NCBI GenBank assembly: GCA_963841435.1
Contig: CAWJCS010000003.1
Location: forward strand, 1,487,365 to 1,551,364
DNA length: 64,000 bases
Reading direction: 5' to 3'
Origin: an uncultured delta proteobacterium
GTDB taxonomy: Bacteria > Myxococcota_A > Polyangia > Polyangiales > Polyangiaceae
Part shown: positions 22,172-32,998 of the stretch, piece by piece
How the letters are laid out: each line of letters begins with the position of its first letter
Numbering within the stretch: the first letter of the stretch is position 1
Notes under the pieces: generated by a model
Databases searched by the model: none
Told to the model about the DNA's origin: nothing
The model's input: only the letters and a program-made list of their open reading frames with translations
Program-made: the position numbers and the translations under genes

Positions 22172-23728
22172 CGCGGCGGCCGTGCGCCGCCCAGGCTCGA
22201 GCGGCGCATAGCCCCACCAATCGCCGTGCCGATTGTCGAGGACGACGGGCTCGGGTGCGTCCGAGAAGAGCTTGTCCTCGCGATCCTCCGCGCTGCGCAC
22301 GAGAAAGTAGTCGTACCCCGCGACCTCGTTCGAGCCGTCGAAGCGGTCGGGGCGCCACTCCGCGGCGTTCTGCATGTTGACCTTCACCGCGGGCCGGTAA
22401 CGCACGACGGAGATCGGGTACATCGCGAACGAGTAGCCCTGCCGACCGCCCTTCTCGACGTAGTAGTACGCCGAGTAGTGGAGGTAGGCCGGAACGCCTG
22501 GGAACACGCGCGAGTTGCGCTCGAAGATCAGCGGGCGCATCGCGAGACCGGGGCGAAGCTCGCTCGTGAGAGCGTGGAAGCCGGCGGACTCCCGATTGAA
22601 CGCCGCGAGCCGCCACACGAACACACCGAGCCAAAACGCCGTGGCGAGCCCGAGGCCCGCCCGCGTCACGCCGACGAGCCACGAGCGTTTCGGCGCGCGC
22701 GGCACGAAGGCGAGCAAGAGCACCGGCAGGAAGAACGCCGGCAGGCGTGTGTGAAGCAGCACGACGCCGCGGAACATCTCCGGGAAGAGTCCGTACCCGA
22801 GGAAAAACAGCGCGAGCGGCAGGCGACGTTCGAGCGCGCCCGAGGCCTTCGCGCCGACCGAGAGCAGCACGAGCGCGAGCAGTGCCATACCGAGCACGAG
22901 CGAGAAGTGATCCGAGGCACCCATGCTCGTGAGGAGCGCCGGGAAATCGAGCCAACGCCCGGGCAGAGGATTCCAGAGGTCGCCGCCGATACGCTGTGCG
23001 GCGGGGCCGGGGAAGAACCAGGCGAACGCGACGACGAGCGGCACCGCGAGCGGCGCGAGCCGAACCAAGAGCTTGCCGGTGCCGCGGCACAACACGAGCC
23101 CCGCCGTGCCGAGAACCATGGGGAGCGCGACGCCGTGAGCCACGAGCGTCAGCGTCGTGAAGAGGGCGACGGCGAGCCCCCTCGCCAGGCTCGGCGCCCG
23201 GGCATGATCGATGGCGGCGCTCAGCGCGAAGATACCGAGCGGCACCGCGGCGAGAAAGCTGACGAACCCGAAGTAGAAGCAGAGCCCGCACGCGCTCACG
23301 AGCCCCACGAGGCAGAGCCAGGGATCATGCCCGAGGCGAGCAGCGAGGCCGCGCACCGCGAGCATCGTCGCAACGACGCTCGCCCAAACGACGAGCTTTA
23401 GCGCGGCGACGACACCGAGCACCGGCGCGAGCGCCCGCGCGAGCGGGTACGCCACGAGGTACGGCGTGCGAAAGTTCAGCTCGAAGCGCTCGAGCGTCGC
23501 GGGGTCGCCCTGATCGAGCCGGAGCCACGTGGCGATCTGCGCCGCGTGCTGCGGCAAGTTGACCATCGGCAGGTCCGGGAAGACGAAGAACGCGACGAAC
23601 AGCACGGCGCTCGCCACGAGCATGCAGGCGAGCAACCGTCGATCGGTCGCCGTCGGCCCACGCGGCCCTCGTTCGAGCGCAGCCACGGACCATCTGTCGC
23701 ACGCCGTGCGCGAACGATGCGTGAACAA
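22136..23728 (-). CDS. Multi-pass membrane protein (possibly GT-C-like)
   Basis: About 10 hydrophobic segments, LPMVNLPQH motif, soluble C-terminal domain; start uncertain. Confidence 0.6.
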   Translation of the reverse strand: MFTHRSRTACDRWSVAALERGPRGPTATDRRLLACMLVASAVLFVAFFVFPDLPMVNLPQHAAQIATWLRLDQGDPATLERFELNFRTPYLVAYPLARALAPVLGVVAALKLVVWASVVATMLAVRGLAARLGHDPWLCLVGLVSACGLCFYFGFVSFLAAVPLGIFALSAAIDHARAPSLARGLAVALFTTLTLVAHGVALPMVLGTAGLVLCRGTGKLLVRLAPLAVPLVVAFAWFFPGPAAQRIGGDLWNPLPGRWLDFPALLTSMGASDHFSLVLGMALLALVLLSVGAKASGALERRLPLALFFLGYGLFPEMFRGVVLLHTRLPAFFLPVLLLAFVPRAPKRSWLVGVTRAGLGLATAFWLGVFVWRLAAFNRESAGFHALTSELRPGLAMRPLIFERNSRVFPGVPAYLHYSAYYYVEKGGRQGYSFAMYPISVVRYRPAVKVNMQNAAEWRPDRFDGSNEVAGYDYFLVRSAEDREDKLFSDAPEPVVLDNRHGDWWGYAPLEPGRRTAAASAGREPGAHEL

Positions 23729-23812
23729 CCGTTGACGGACCCGTGAAAGCTCGACAAAAATTGGCGCGACCGGGGCCGAAGCTCGCCCCCGCCCGTGACT
23801 CGCGCCCGGAGG

Positions 23813-24235
23813 TCAGTCCCACCCGCGCCCGCGGGCGCGCTTCTTCTCGCTTCGCTGCCGCTTGTCCGACAGGCGCGCCTCGCGCGCCGCCCGCGACGGT
23901 TTCGTCGCCCGGCGGCGGCGCGGGACGACGAGCGCGGCCCGCACGAGCACCGACAGCCGCTCCCGTGCAAGCTCGAGGTTTCGGGGCTGCGAGCGCGTGT
24001 CGTCGACGGCAACGACCAGCCGGCCCTCGGCGTCGAGGCGCCCGCGGTTGGCACCAAGTAGCCGCGCCTTGACCCCGGCAGGGAGCACGCTGCTCGCGCG
24101 CGCATCGAACCGGAGCTCCACCTTCGTCGAGACCTTGTTGACGTTCTGACCGCCGGGGCCGCCGGAACGCACGGCCGTGAAGGCGAGCTCCCGCCCCGGG
24201 ATCACGAGGGCGGAGGTGATCGCGAGGTCGTCCAT
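23813..24235 (-). CDS. arfB: Alternative ribosome-rescue peptidyl-tRNA hydrolase ArfB
   Basis: RSGGPGGQNVNKV, RSQPRN, basic tail RRRRATKPSRAAREARL; ATG overlaps the putA stop. Confidence 0.95.
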   Translation of the reverse strand: MDDLAITSALVIPGRELAFTAVRSGGPGGQNVNKVSTKVELRFDARASSVLPAGVKARLLGANRGRLDAEGRLVVAVDDTRSQPRNLELARERLSVLVRAALVVPRRRRATKPSRAAREARLSDKRQRSEKKRARGRGWD

Positions 24236-27200
24236 CAGGGCGCCTTTTTGGCACGAACGCCCAGAAGCGCCAGCTCGAGGCTCATGTTGCCGTGTCGGTG
24301 CCGCGCGACCGAGCGGCTCTGCTCGATGACGTAGCGGCGGAGCTCGACGTAGCCGCTGTCCGAGACCGGCCCGGCTTCCGAGCCCGGCGCGAGCCCCGCG
24401 AGCTCGACGCGGCGCTCGGCTGCCCGCTCGCCCACGACGCGCACCCAATCCCAGGTCTCCGCTGCGAGCACGCCGCGTGCTGCGTCGAGATCGGCAACGA
24501 GCTCGGCGCCCGCGGCCGCGAGCAGCGCCGGGTCGAGCGCTCCGCCATCGCCCTCGACGAGCACGCGGACGCCGGCACCCACGAGCCGCGCCGCGAGCAA
24601 CGTGCTCACCGCGTCGAGCTTCGTCGTGCCCGTGAGCACCACGACTGCCACGCGGCAAGGTCGGTAGCAAAAGACGTCTTCGTGGCCGAGAACCCGGTCC
24701 TGAGCGTGCTCGGGCAAGAGCTCGAGCTCCAGGGCGCGCTCGTAGCTCTTCAGGCGCCGCGCGAGACGTTCGCGATCGGCGGGCGCCGCGTCGCGCAGGA
24801 TCTCGGCGACGGCGTCGGAGAAGGGGCCCAGGTCGAGCTCGGGGCGAGGCGCGGACGCGCGCGGCGGATCCGGGACCATACACGGGCCGCGTCCGAGAGG
24901 GACGGCGCCCCGCGCGCCCCGATCACGCTCGCCCGTCACACGAACGAGCGAAAGCAGCGTGTTCGGTCCCCCGGCCTTGTAGCCCGCACCAAAGCTCGAC
25001 GCCTTGTGACCTCCGAAGGGCTGCCGTCCGACGATGGCTCCGGTGATGGGTCGATTCACGTAGAGGTTGCCCGCCTGCATGGCCGCGAGAAACCTTTGCT
25101 GCTCCTTTTCGTCCAGGCTTTCGAGGCCGGCGGTGAGGCCGTACGCCGTGTCGTTGGCGAGCGCGAGCGCGTGCTCGAAGTCGTCCGCCTCCATCACGGA
25201 GAGCACCGGTCCGAAGAGCTCGGTCCGGTGCGCGAAGCTGCCGGGCAGAACGCCGTAGCGGACGCCGGGCGAGACGAGCCGCTCGTTTCGTGGGTCGCGC
25301 CGGGGCGAGACGAGCCAGCGCTCGTCGGCGTCGAGCGAGGAGAGTGCTCGTGCGAGCGGCCCCGCGGGCGGACGGATGAGCGGTGTCACGACGCTTTCGG
25401 GGTTCCACGCCGACCCGACGGCGAGGCTCTGCGTTGCGTCCGCGAGCTTCTCGCGAAACGAAGCGCTTCGGTACACTTCGCGTTCGAGCACGAGCAGCGA
25501 GCAGGCGCTGCACTTCTGCCCGGCGTGGCCGAACGCCGACCGCACGACGTGCTGCACGGCTTGCTCGCGGTCGCTCATGGCGCTCACGATGATGGCGTTC
25601 TTGCCTCCCGTCTCCGCCACGAGATCGAGCTCCGGACGGAGCCTCAGGAACAGTTGCGCCGTCTCCGTGCCGCCCGTGAGCACGACCGTCGCCACGCGGC
25701 GGTCGGTGACGAGGGGCCCGGCGGCCTCGTCCTCGGCGAGCACGAGACCGAGCGCCGTCTCGGGGACGCCGGCGCGAAACAAGAGACTTGCGGCGATGGC
25801 GAGCACGAGCGGCGTTTCCGGGGGCGGCTTGAGCAGCACTCCGTTGCCGGCGACGAGGGCCGCAAGGGTCGAGCCGAGCGCGATCGACAGCGGGAAATTC
25901 CAGGGCGGCGTGACCACGACGAGGCCCTTCGGCTCGAGCACGAGCCGCTCCCGCAGCCGGGCGTGCTGCCGCGCGTAATACTCGGCGAAATCCACGGCCT
26001 CGGAGACCTCGGCGTCGGCTTCGAGAGCGCGCTTGCCCGCGTCCAGCACCATGGCACGGACGAGCTCGGCGCGTGCGCGGCGTAGCTCGTCGGCAACGGC
26101 AAGCACGATGTGCTCGCGCTCCTCGGCGGGCGTCGCCGCCCAGGCTCGTGCTCCCGGCTCGGCGAGCTCGACGGCACGCGTCACCATGGCGCGATCGGCG
26201 ACGGCGTAGCGATAAGGCACTTCGCCGGGGCGCGACGGATCGAAGCCGGCCCGCTCCGACCCTCCGAGCGTCTCGCCGCCGACGCGCGAAACGGGCGTCG
26301 CGTACACCTCCTTCTGCCCTCGCGCGAGCAGCTCGGCGAGCCAGGCGCGATTGTCCGCGAGCGAGGGGTCGGTGTCCGGCTCGTTCTCGAAGCCGGCTCG
26401 CCCCGCGCGAGCGGGCTCGGCGCGGCGATCTTGGTGGCGGAAGGGCTCGGTCGAGACGCTCGGTGCCACGGCGAGCGCCCGCGCGAAACGCTCGCGCTCT
26501 TCGACGAAACCCGCGTCACCGACGTGCATCGCGAACGAGCGCCGCAGAAAGTTGTCCTCGGCCGTGTTCTCGTCGAGCCGCCGCACGAGGTAGGCGACGG
26601 CGCTCGGGAAATCGCGTTCGTCGACGCTGGGCGCGTACACCAGGACTCGTCCCGCGATGCGCTGCACGACGCGCCTGAGCGGATCCGCCATGCCCTCGAG
26701 CATTTCGAGCTCCAGTGCATCCCCGATGGCGCGCGCTTCGCGCAGCAGCAGCGCGTATGCGATGTCGAACAGGTTGTGGCTGCCGACGCCGAGACGGACG
26801 CACGCCGCGTGCTCGGCGAGCGAGCCCACCGACAGCATGTGGCGAAAGCTCGCATCGACGTCGCGCTTCGAGCGATAGGTGACGAGCGACAGCCCGCGCA
26901 GGGCCGCGTCGATCCGCTCCATCATCAGGTTTGCGCCCTTGACGAGGCGCTGGCGAATCGGAGCGCCGCCATGGCGTACGCGCTCCCGGGCGAAGCGCAG
27001 GAGCTCGGCTTGCTTTGCATGCGAATCGGGCAAGTACGCCTGGAGCACGATGCCCGCCGTGAGCTCGCGGAGCTCGGGGCGAGCGAGGACGCGGGTGAAG
27101 AGCTCCACCGTGAGGTCGAGGTCGCGGTACGCTTCCATGTCGAGGTACACGAGCTTCGGCTCGCGCGTGCCGTCGGGCCGTGCCACGGGGTGGTCGAGCG

Positions 27201-27891
27201 CCGCCCGGTAGATGCGGACGAGCTTTTCGGACAGGCGCGCCACGGTGGCGTCCCACGCCGCGAGATCGATGCGCGCGTCGATCGACGATAGCTTGACGCT
27301 GATCGTGTTGACCTCGGGTCGAGCCAAAAGCTCCAGGTAAGCCTCGAGGAAGCGCTCGGCATCGGCGTCACCGAGCACCTCCTCGCCGAGGCGGTTCAGA
27401 TTGACGCGCAGCCCCTGCTCGGTGCGCTCGGCGAGGAACGTCGCGAGCCTCTGCGGGTCGGCCGGCGCAAGGTACGGAATGGCGTCCTCGTAGATGCGTC
27501 GGCGCACGGCGCGGGCCGTGAGCTCGGGTACGCTGCTGCCGAAGGCGCGCAGCGCGCGCAGCTCCAGTCGATCCCAGGCCGGCAGCGAGCGAGGCGCACC
27601 GAGCAGGTCGAGCAGCTGTTCGACTTGCTCCACGAGGCGCAGGCCGCTCGAGCTGCGGTGCGCCCGATCGGTGAGCGCCGACACGAACGCTTGCCCCACG
27701 GGGTCGTCGAGCAGCGCCCGCATCCGCTCGGCACGTTCGCGTTCGTTGATTTCCGTGCCGGCGTTGCTGGCCGCGAGCAACGCCGCCGCAAGGTCCGGCA
27801 CGAGAGCCGGCAAGGCCCCTTCCTGGCTCGCGCGCGCCATGCCGAGGATCGCGTTGGCGTGCTCGAGCGCGGCTTCGTGGGAGGACGGCAC
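24235..27891 (-). CDS. putA: Bifunctional proline dehydrogenase / P5C dehydrogenase
   Basis: LDMEAY, LQAYL, RLVKGAN, SHNLFD, YLVRRLDEN; ALDH motifs PPWNFP, ETGGKN, GQKCSA, ELFGP. Confidence 0.95.
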   Translation of the reverse strand: MPSSHEAALEHANAILGMARASQEGALPALVPDLAAALLAASNAGTEINERERAERMRALLDDPVGQAFVSALTDRAHRSSSGLRLVEQVEQLLDLLGAPRSLPAWDRLELRALRAFGSSVPELTARAVRRRIYEDAIPYLAPADPQRLATFLAERTEQGLRVNLNRLGEEVLGDADAERFLEAYLELLARPEVNTISVKLSSIDARIDLAAWDATVARLSEKLVRIYRAALDHPVARPDGTREPKLVYLDMEAYRDLDLTVELFTRVLARPELRELTAGIVLQAYLPDSHAKQAELLRFARERVRHGGAPIRQRLVKGANLMMERIDAALRGLSLVTYRSKRDVDASFRHMLSVGSLAEHAACVRLGVGSHNLFDIAYALLLREARAIGDALELEMLEGMADPLRRVVQRIAGRVLVYAPSVDERDFPSAVAYLVRRLDENTAEDNFLRRSFAMHVGDAGFVEERERFARALAVAPSVSTEPFRHQDRRAEPARAGRAGFENEPDTDPSLADNRAWLAELLARGQKEVYATPVSRVGGETLGGSERAGFDPSRPGEVPYRYAVADRAMVTRAVELAEPGARAWAATPAEEREHIVLAVADELRRARAELVRAMVLDAGKRALEADAEVSEAVDFAEYYARQHARLRERLVLEPKGLVVVTPPWNFPLSIALGSTLAALVAGNGVLLKPPPETPLVLAIAASLLFRAGVPETALGLVLAEDEAAGPLVTDRRVATVVLTGGTETAQLFLRLRPELDLVAETGGKNAIIVSAMSDREQAVQHVVRSAFGHAGQKCSACSLLVLEREVYRSASFREKLADATQSLAVGSAWNPESVVTPLIRPPAGPLARALSSLDADERWLVSPRRDPRNERLVSPGVRYGVLPGSFAHRTELFGPVLSVMEADDFEHALALANDTAYGLTAGLESLDEKEQQRFLAAMQAGNLYVNRPITGAIVGRQPFGGHKASSFGAGYKAGGPNTLLSLVRVTGERDRGARGAVPLGRGPCMVPDPPRASAPRPELDLGPFSDAVAEILRDAAPADRERLARRLKSYERALELELLPEHAQDRVLGHEDVFCYRPCRVAVVVLTGTTKLDAVSTLLAARLVGAGVRVLVEGDGGALDPALLAAAGAELVADLDAARGVLAAETWDWVRVVGERAAERRVELAGLAPGSEAGPVSDSGYVELRRYVIEQSRSVARHRHGNMSLELALLGVRAKKAP

Positions 27892-27984
27892 GCGATGCTC
27901 ATTTTAGCACCACTCCGCCACCGCCCGGTCCCCGCGCGGGAGCTTCGCCGGATCGGTCGCGCCAGGGGGACGAGCGTCAGGCGC

Positions 27985-29241
27985 CTATTCGTAGACGCAC
28001 TGGTAAATCGAGTTCGTGAAGTTCTCTTGGCAGGTTCCCGCACTCGGTCCGGGGCCGCGACAGCCGCCGTCGTCGCAAAACCAGTGCACCCATCCGTAGG
28101 CGGACGCGGAGGCCGGGTTCGGCGGTGGCGCGGGGCCGCCCGAGTAGATCCACACGTAGCCGTTCACCGTGGTGCTGTTGCACGCCCAGGGGCCACCGCA
28201 GGTGTTGAAGGGCGCCGAGCCCTGCCCGCACCAGGCGTTGCAGGCCCGATCGGTCACGAGCTTCCAGTGATACGTGGCCGAGGACGCCATGCACGCGCCC
28301 ATCTGGCAAACCTGGCCGCTCGGACAGGCGTTGAAGCAGGCGCCACAGTTGGCCGGGTCGGTCAGGACATTCCGCTCGCAACCATCGGCGGCGCTGCCGT
28401 TGCACTCGGCGTAGCCGCTCTTGCAAGCGTAGTTGCACGCGCCGTCAGCGCACGCCGCCGTGGCATTCACGGGCGCCGCGCAGGCAGCGCCGCACATGCC
28501 GCAGTTTTGCGGGTCAACGTAGGTGTTCGTGCACAGGCCGGCACACTCGACGAGCCCCCCCTGACAGGACAGCACGCACGCGCCCCCGTCGCAGATTTCA
28601 CCGGAGGCGCACGAAATGCCGCAGGCGCCGCAGTTTCGCCGATCGTTCGCGGGGTCCGCGCACGCACCCCCGCACTCCAGGAAGGCCCGCGGGCACACGA
28701 GCTCGCACGTGCCGCCACTGCAGACCTCGTCGGAGGCACACGAAATGCCGCAGCCGCCGCAGTTGCCGGGATCGACCGAGGGATTGACGCATGCGAAGCC
28801 GCACACCGCGAGACCCGGCGGGCACACGCTGCCCGTGCCCGCGGCACCGGCGGGGTAACCGCCGACGCCACCCCGACCACCGCTCGCGCCGACGCCACCG
28901 CTCGCACCGACACCACCAGTCGCAGCGACGCCACCGCTCGCACCGACGCCACCGCTCGCACCGACGCCACCGCTCGCAGCGACGCCACCGCTCGCGCCGA
29001 CACCACCAGTCGCAGCGACGCCACCGCTCGCGCCGACACCACCAGTCGCAGCGACGCCACCGCTCGCGCCGACACCACCGCTCGCCCCAACGCCACCGCG
29101 GCCACCCGTTCCACCGGCACCCGGAGCCCCACCGCTACCGTCCCCCGAGGTCCCCGACGTGCCACCCTCGGTGTAGACGGACTGACCACCGCACGCATAA
29201 AACCAAACGAGCGCAAATAGAGGAAAAAGCTTCCGTCCCAC
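27985..29241 (-). CDS. Cys-rich repeat lipoprotein (Stig1/MXAN_6577-like repeats) with Gly-rich linker
   Basis: FYAC lipobox; four DPxNCGxCG..C repeats. Confidence 0.8.
   Translation of the reverse strand: MGRKLFPLFALVWFYACGGQSVYTEGGTSGTSGDGSGGAPGAGGTGGRGGVGASGGVGASGGVAATGGVGASGGVAATGGVGASGGVAASGGVGASGGVGASGGVAATGGVGASGGVGASGGRGGVGGYPAGAAGTGSVCPPGLAVCGFACVNPSVDPGNCGGCGISCASDEVCSGGTCELVCPRAFLECGGACADPANDRRNCGACGISCASGEICDGGACVLSCQGGLVECAGLCTNTYVDPQNCGMCGAACAAPVNATAACADGACNYACKSGYAECNGSAADGCERNVLTDPANCGACFNACPSGQVCQMGACMASSATYHWKLVTDRACNAWCGQGSAPFNTCGGPWACNSTTVNGYVWIYSGGPAPPPNPASASAYGWVHWFCDDGGCRGPGPSAGTCQENFTNSIYQCVYE
28864..29098 (-). repeat. Coding 18-bp tandem repeat (GGVGAS/GGVAAT, about 13 units)
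   Basis: Units such as ccgacgccaccgctcgca inside the Cys-rich lipoprotein linker. Confidence 0.9.
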
Positions 29242-29348
29242 GCCCGTGGAAGCGTAGCACGCTCGACGAAGAGCCGGAAAAAAGGCTCAACGCTGTCCCC
29301 GGCCCCCCCCGGGCGCCCGACGGATTTCTGCTACTCTCCGCCGCCGTC

Positions 29349-30479
29349 ATGCCGGAGCTCAGCGAGGAGATTTCGAAGATACCCGCGCACGTCCGGGCGC
29401 GGCTCGACTTGTACGGTTTCGACGAGGCCCGTCTCGCGCGCCTCGGGGAGCGACTGCAGCGCGGTGCCGACGACACCGGCGTCGTCACGGGGCGCGTCGA
29501 GCCCCCCGCGCCGGCGGACGTCGCGAAGCTGCCGGCGCCCGGTACGAAAGAGCGCGCCGAGCTCGAGGCGCTAGGCGCCTCGGCCCTCGCCGCGGGAAAG
29601 GTGGCACTCGTCGTGCTCGCCGGCGGCATGGCAACGCGCATGGGCGGTGTCGTCAAGGCGCTCGTCGAAGCGCTCCCGGGCAAGACCTTCCTCGACCTCA
29701 GGCTGATGGAAACCGAGGCGATCGAAGAGCAGCACGGCGCGCCGCCGCCGCTCTGGCTCATGACGAGCGCCGCCACGCACGGCGGCATCCGTGAAGCCCT
29801 CGGCGACAAGCACGACGGCGACCAGGTCGCCACGTTCACGCAGGAGCTATCACTGCGACTCACGCCGGACGGCGGTCTCTTCGTCGACGAATCCGGCCAC
29901 CCGAGCGAGCACGCGCCGGGCCACGGCGACCTGCCCGATGCGCTCAAGCGCAGCGGCCTTTTGGCTCGCTTCGTCGAGCGAGGCGGCCACACGTTGATGC
30001 TGACCAACCTCGACAACCTCGGTGGCACGCTCGACCCGGCGGTGATCGGCTTTCACCTCTCGCATGGCGCCGACGTGACCTCGGAGGTCGTCAGCAAGGT
30101 CGCCGACGATCGGGGCGGCATTCCGGTGCGCGTCAACGGGCGGCTGCGCGTGCTCGAGGAGTTTCGCCTGCCACCGAGCTTCGACCCCAAGCAGGTCTCG
30201 GTGTTCAACACGAACGTGTTTCACGTCAACGCGCAGGCCCTGCTCGACCTCCAGATGGACTGGAGCTTTTACACCGTCAAAAAGCGCGTCGGCGAGCAAC
30301 AGGTCGTCCAGTTCGAGCGCATCCTCAACGAAATCACCGACGAGCTCAAAACCGTGTACCTGCACCTGCCACGAACCGGCCCCGAAGCGCGCTTCTTACC
30401 CGTCAAGGATCCCGAGGAGCTCGAGCGGCGACGCGAAGAGATCGCAGTCGTGGCGCGAGCCCGGGGGATCCTGCCGTGA
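29349..30479 (+). CDS. UDPGP-family sugar-1-phosphate uridylyltransferase (eukaryote-type fold)
   Basis: LAGGMATRMGG.VKA, APGHGD, TNLDNLG, FNTN, QFE, RFLPVK. Confidence 0.85.
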   Translation: MPELSEEISKIPAHVRARLDLYGFDEARLARLGERLQRGADDTGVVTGRVEPPAPADVAKLPAPGTKERAELEALGASALAAGKVALVVLAGGMATRMGGVVKALVEALPGKTFLDLRLMETEAIEEQHGAPPPLWLMTSAATHGGIREALGDKHDGDQVATFTQELSLRLTPDGGLFVDESGHPSEHAPGHGDLPDALKRSGLLARFVERGGHTLMLTNLDNLGGTLDPAVIGFHLSHGADVTSEVVSKVADDRGGIPVRVNGRLRVLEEFRLPPSFDPKQVSVFNTNVFHVNAQALLDLQMDWSFYTVKKRVGEQQVVQFERILNEITDELKTVYLHLPRTGPEARFLPVKDPEELERRREEIAVVARARGILP

Positions 30480-32998
30480 GCGCGCTACGCTGGCTTTTCG
30501 GCGCGGCGATTCTTCTCGCCGCCGTGCCGGCGAGCGCGCAGCTCGTCGTCGACCGCCCGACGCCGCTGCCCGCGTTCGCGCGCAGCCTCGTGACCTCGGA
30601 GGACTCGACGTCGCTCGTGCAGAACCCGGCGAATCTGTCGCTGCTCCCGGGCGCCGAGTTTCGCTGGCAAGCCGTGTACCTCGACGAGCAATCGCAGGTG
30701 CCCTACCAGGGCCACTCGTTCGCGCTCGCCGCGCCCGTGCCCCTGCTCGATTTCGGCCTCGGTTTGCGGCTCGACCTCGTGGCCCCGCCGAGCGGTGACC
30801 CGCCGGCCCGCTACGGCTCCCACTCGCGCTACCAGTGGATCACGGCGGGCATCGCGAAGGGCGCAGGTCGCGCCGGCGCGCTCGGCGCGACCTTCCAGCA
30901 CGCCTACTCCGAGAGCCGGCTGCTCGACAGCCTCGATTCGTTCACGCTCGGGTACACGGCGCGTCCGGTCAACCAACTCGGGCTGGCCTTCGTGGGCCAC
31001 GACCTCAACGCGCCGCACAGCCGTGGCGGCGGCTTCCTGTCGCGCTCGTACGAGCTCGGCGTCGCGATCCGGCCACTTTCGACCGCCGCGCTCGAGATCG
31101 GGCTCGAGGGAAAGTTCATCGACGCGGCGGACCCGTACTGGATCCCACGCGCGACGCTCGGCATCGACATCCCGACGCTCGGACGGCTGCGGGGCGAGGT
31201 CTCCGTCAGCGACCCCGACGACCGGGCGCAACACCGTGCCTGGCTCGCCGCCGCCGAGCTCGCCGTCTCGTTCAACGGCGCGACGGGCGGGATGGAGCTT
31301 GCTGCTGGCTCGATCTTCGGCAACGGCCTCGGCCCGAACGTGCCGAAGTGGGCGGCCGCGAACCTCACGACGGAAGTCGCGTTCCGGAGCTATCGCACGG
31401 CAGTGGCTTCCGAGGCGCCCTACCACGCGGTCCGCATTCGCATCGAAGACACGCCCGGCACGCGCGAGCACGTCGCGCTGCTCGAGCACCTCTGGGATCT
31501 CGCGGACAGCGAGCCGAGCGTCGCGGCCGTCGTGCTCGAGCTGCGCACGGCGCCGGGCCAGTCCTTCGCGCACGTGCAGGAGCTGCGCGACGCGATCTGG
31601 CACCTCCGGCAGCGCGGTAAGCGCGTGCTCTGCCACCTCGAGGACGCCGACGGCGCCTCGCTCTATCTGTGCGCGGCCGCGAGCCGCATCCTCGTCAATC
31701 CCGCGGGCGGTATCCGCTTCGCGGGCCTGCGCACGCGCTATTTCTACCTCAAGAGCCTGCTCGACAAGCTCGGCGTGCGGGCCGACTTCGTGCGCATCGG
31801 CGCCCACAAGAGCGCCCCGGAAATGTTCACGCGCGACGCCGCAAGCGACGTGGCGCGCGCCGACAAGATCGACCTCTTGCAGCAATTCGAACGGCACGTG
31901 ATGCTGTCGCTCGCGGGGGGACGACACATCGGCGTCGCGACGCTGCGCGAGCGCATCGCCAAGGGGCCGTTCATCGCCGAGGAGGCACGCGCCGCGGGTC
32001 TCGTCGACGGTTTCGCGTTCGACGACGAGCTGGAAGCCGAGGTACAGAAGCTCGCGGGCTTCTCGCTCAAGCTGATCGACGACGACGACCGCGCGCCGCG
32101 CGCGTCCAACGACTTCGGCGTCGGTCGCTCCGTCGCCATCGTCTACGTGGATGGCGACATGGTCGACGGCCGCAGCCAGTACATTCCCGGCATCGGCATT
32201 CGCACCGTCGGGTCCTACACCATCGCCGATAGCCTCAAGCGGGCTCGCGAGGACCAGCGCGTGGCCGCCGTCGTGCTTCGCATCGAGTCGGGCGGCGGCA
32301 GCGCCATGGCCGCCGACGTGATGTGGCGCCAGGTTCAGCTCACGGCGCGCGTGAAGCCGGTCGTCGTGAGCATGGGGAGCGCCGCGGCGAGCGGCGGCTA
32401 CTACATCGCCACGCCGGCGACGCGCGTGTTCGCGAACCCCCTCACCATCACGGGAAGCATCGGCATCTTCTACGGCAAGGCGGACGTCGCCGAGCTCTTG
32501 CGCAAGATCGGCGTCACGGTCGAGGTCTACAAGACGGCACCGCGCGCCGACGCCGAGTCGATTTTCCGTCCCTTCACCGACGAGGAGCGCACGGAGCTCG
32601 AGCACAAGGTGGCGCAGTTTTACGACATGTTCCTGTCGCGTGTCGCCGAGGGCCGGCATCTCGAGAAGGCGGCCGTCGATGCCGTCGGGCAGGGCCGCGT
32701 GTGGACCGGCGAGCAGGCGTTCTCGCGCAAGCTCGTGGATGAGATCGGCGGGTTGCGCCAGGCGCTCGCCGAGGCACGCCGCCTCGGCAACCTGCCGGAA
32801 AGCGCGCCCATCGTCGAGCTGCCGCCGCCCGAGGGCAGCCTGCTCGGCAAGCTCCTCGGCATCGAAGGCGTGAGCGCCGACTCGAAGCTCATCTTGCCGC
32901 CGGCCGTGATGGACCTCGCGCGCGCGCTCGCTCCGTTCGCCTTTTACCCCGCGGACCGGCCGCTCGCGCGCCTGGAGCTTCTGCCCGTCGTCGAGTGA
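30476..32998 (+). CDS. sppA: Signal peptide peptidase SppA with N-terminal beta-rich extension
   Basis: IGAHKSAPE, LRIESGGGS, SMGSAAASGGYY, TGSIG, GRVWTG. Confidence 0.92.
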   Translation: MSALRWLFGAAILLAAVPASAQLVVDRPTPLPAFARSLVTSEDSTSLVQNPANLSLLPGAEFRWQAVYLDEQSQVPYQGHSFALAAPVPLLDFGLGLRLDLVAPPSGDPPARYGSHSRYQWITAGIAKGAGRAGALGATFQHAYSESRLLDSLDSFTLGYTARPVNQLGLAFVGHDLNAPHSRGGGFLSRSYELGVAIRPLSTAALEIGLEGKFIDAADPYWIPRATLGIDIPTLGRLRGEVSVSDPDDRAQHRAWLAAAELAVSFNGATGGMELAAGSIFGNGLGPNVPKWAAANLTTEVAFRSYRTAVASEAPYHAVRIRIEDTPGTREHVALLEHLWDLADSEPSVAAVVLELRTAPGQSFAHVQELRDAIWHLRQRGKRVLCHLEDADGASLYLCAAASRILVNPAGGIRFAGLRTRYFYLKSLLDKLGVRADFVRIGAHKSAPEMFTRDAASDVARADKIDLLQQFERHVMLSLAGGRHIGVATLRERIAKGPFIAEEARAAGLVDGFAFDDELEAEVQKLAGFSLKLIDDDDRAPRASNDFGVGRSVAIVYVDGDMVDGRSQYIPGIGIRTVGSYTIADSLKRAREDQRVAAVVLRIESGGGSAMAADVMWRQVQLTARVKPVVVSMGSAAASGGYYIATPATRVFANPLTITGSIGIFYGKADVAELLRKIGVTVEVYKTAPRADAESIFRPFTDEERTELEHKVAQFYDMFLSRVAEGRHLEKAAVDAVGQGRVWTGEQAFSRKLVDEIGGLRQALAEARRLGNLPESAPIVELPPPEGSLLGKLLGIEGVSADSKLILPPAVMDLARALAPFAFYPADRPLARLELLPVVE

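Noticed and set aside
28864-29098. 18-bp tandem repeats (also 18650-18830) as CRISPR or ncRNA
   Set aside because: No spacers; in-frame Gly-rich protein linkers.
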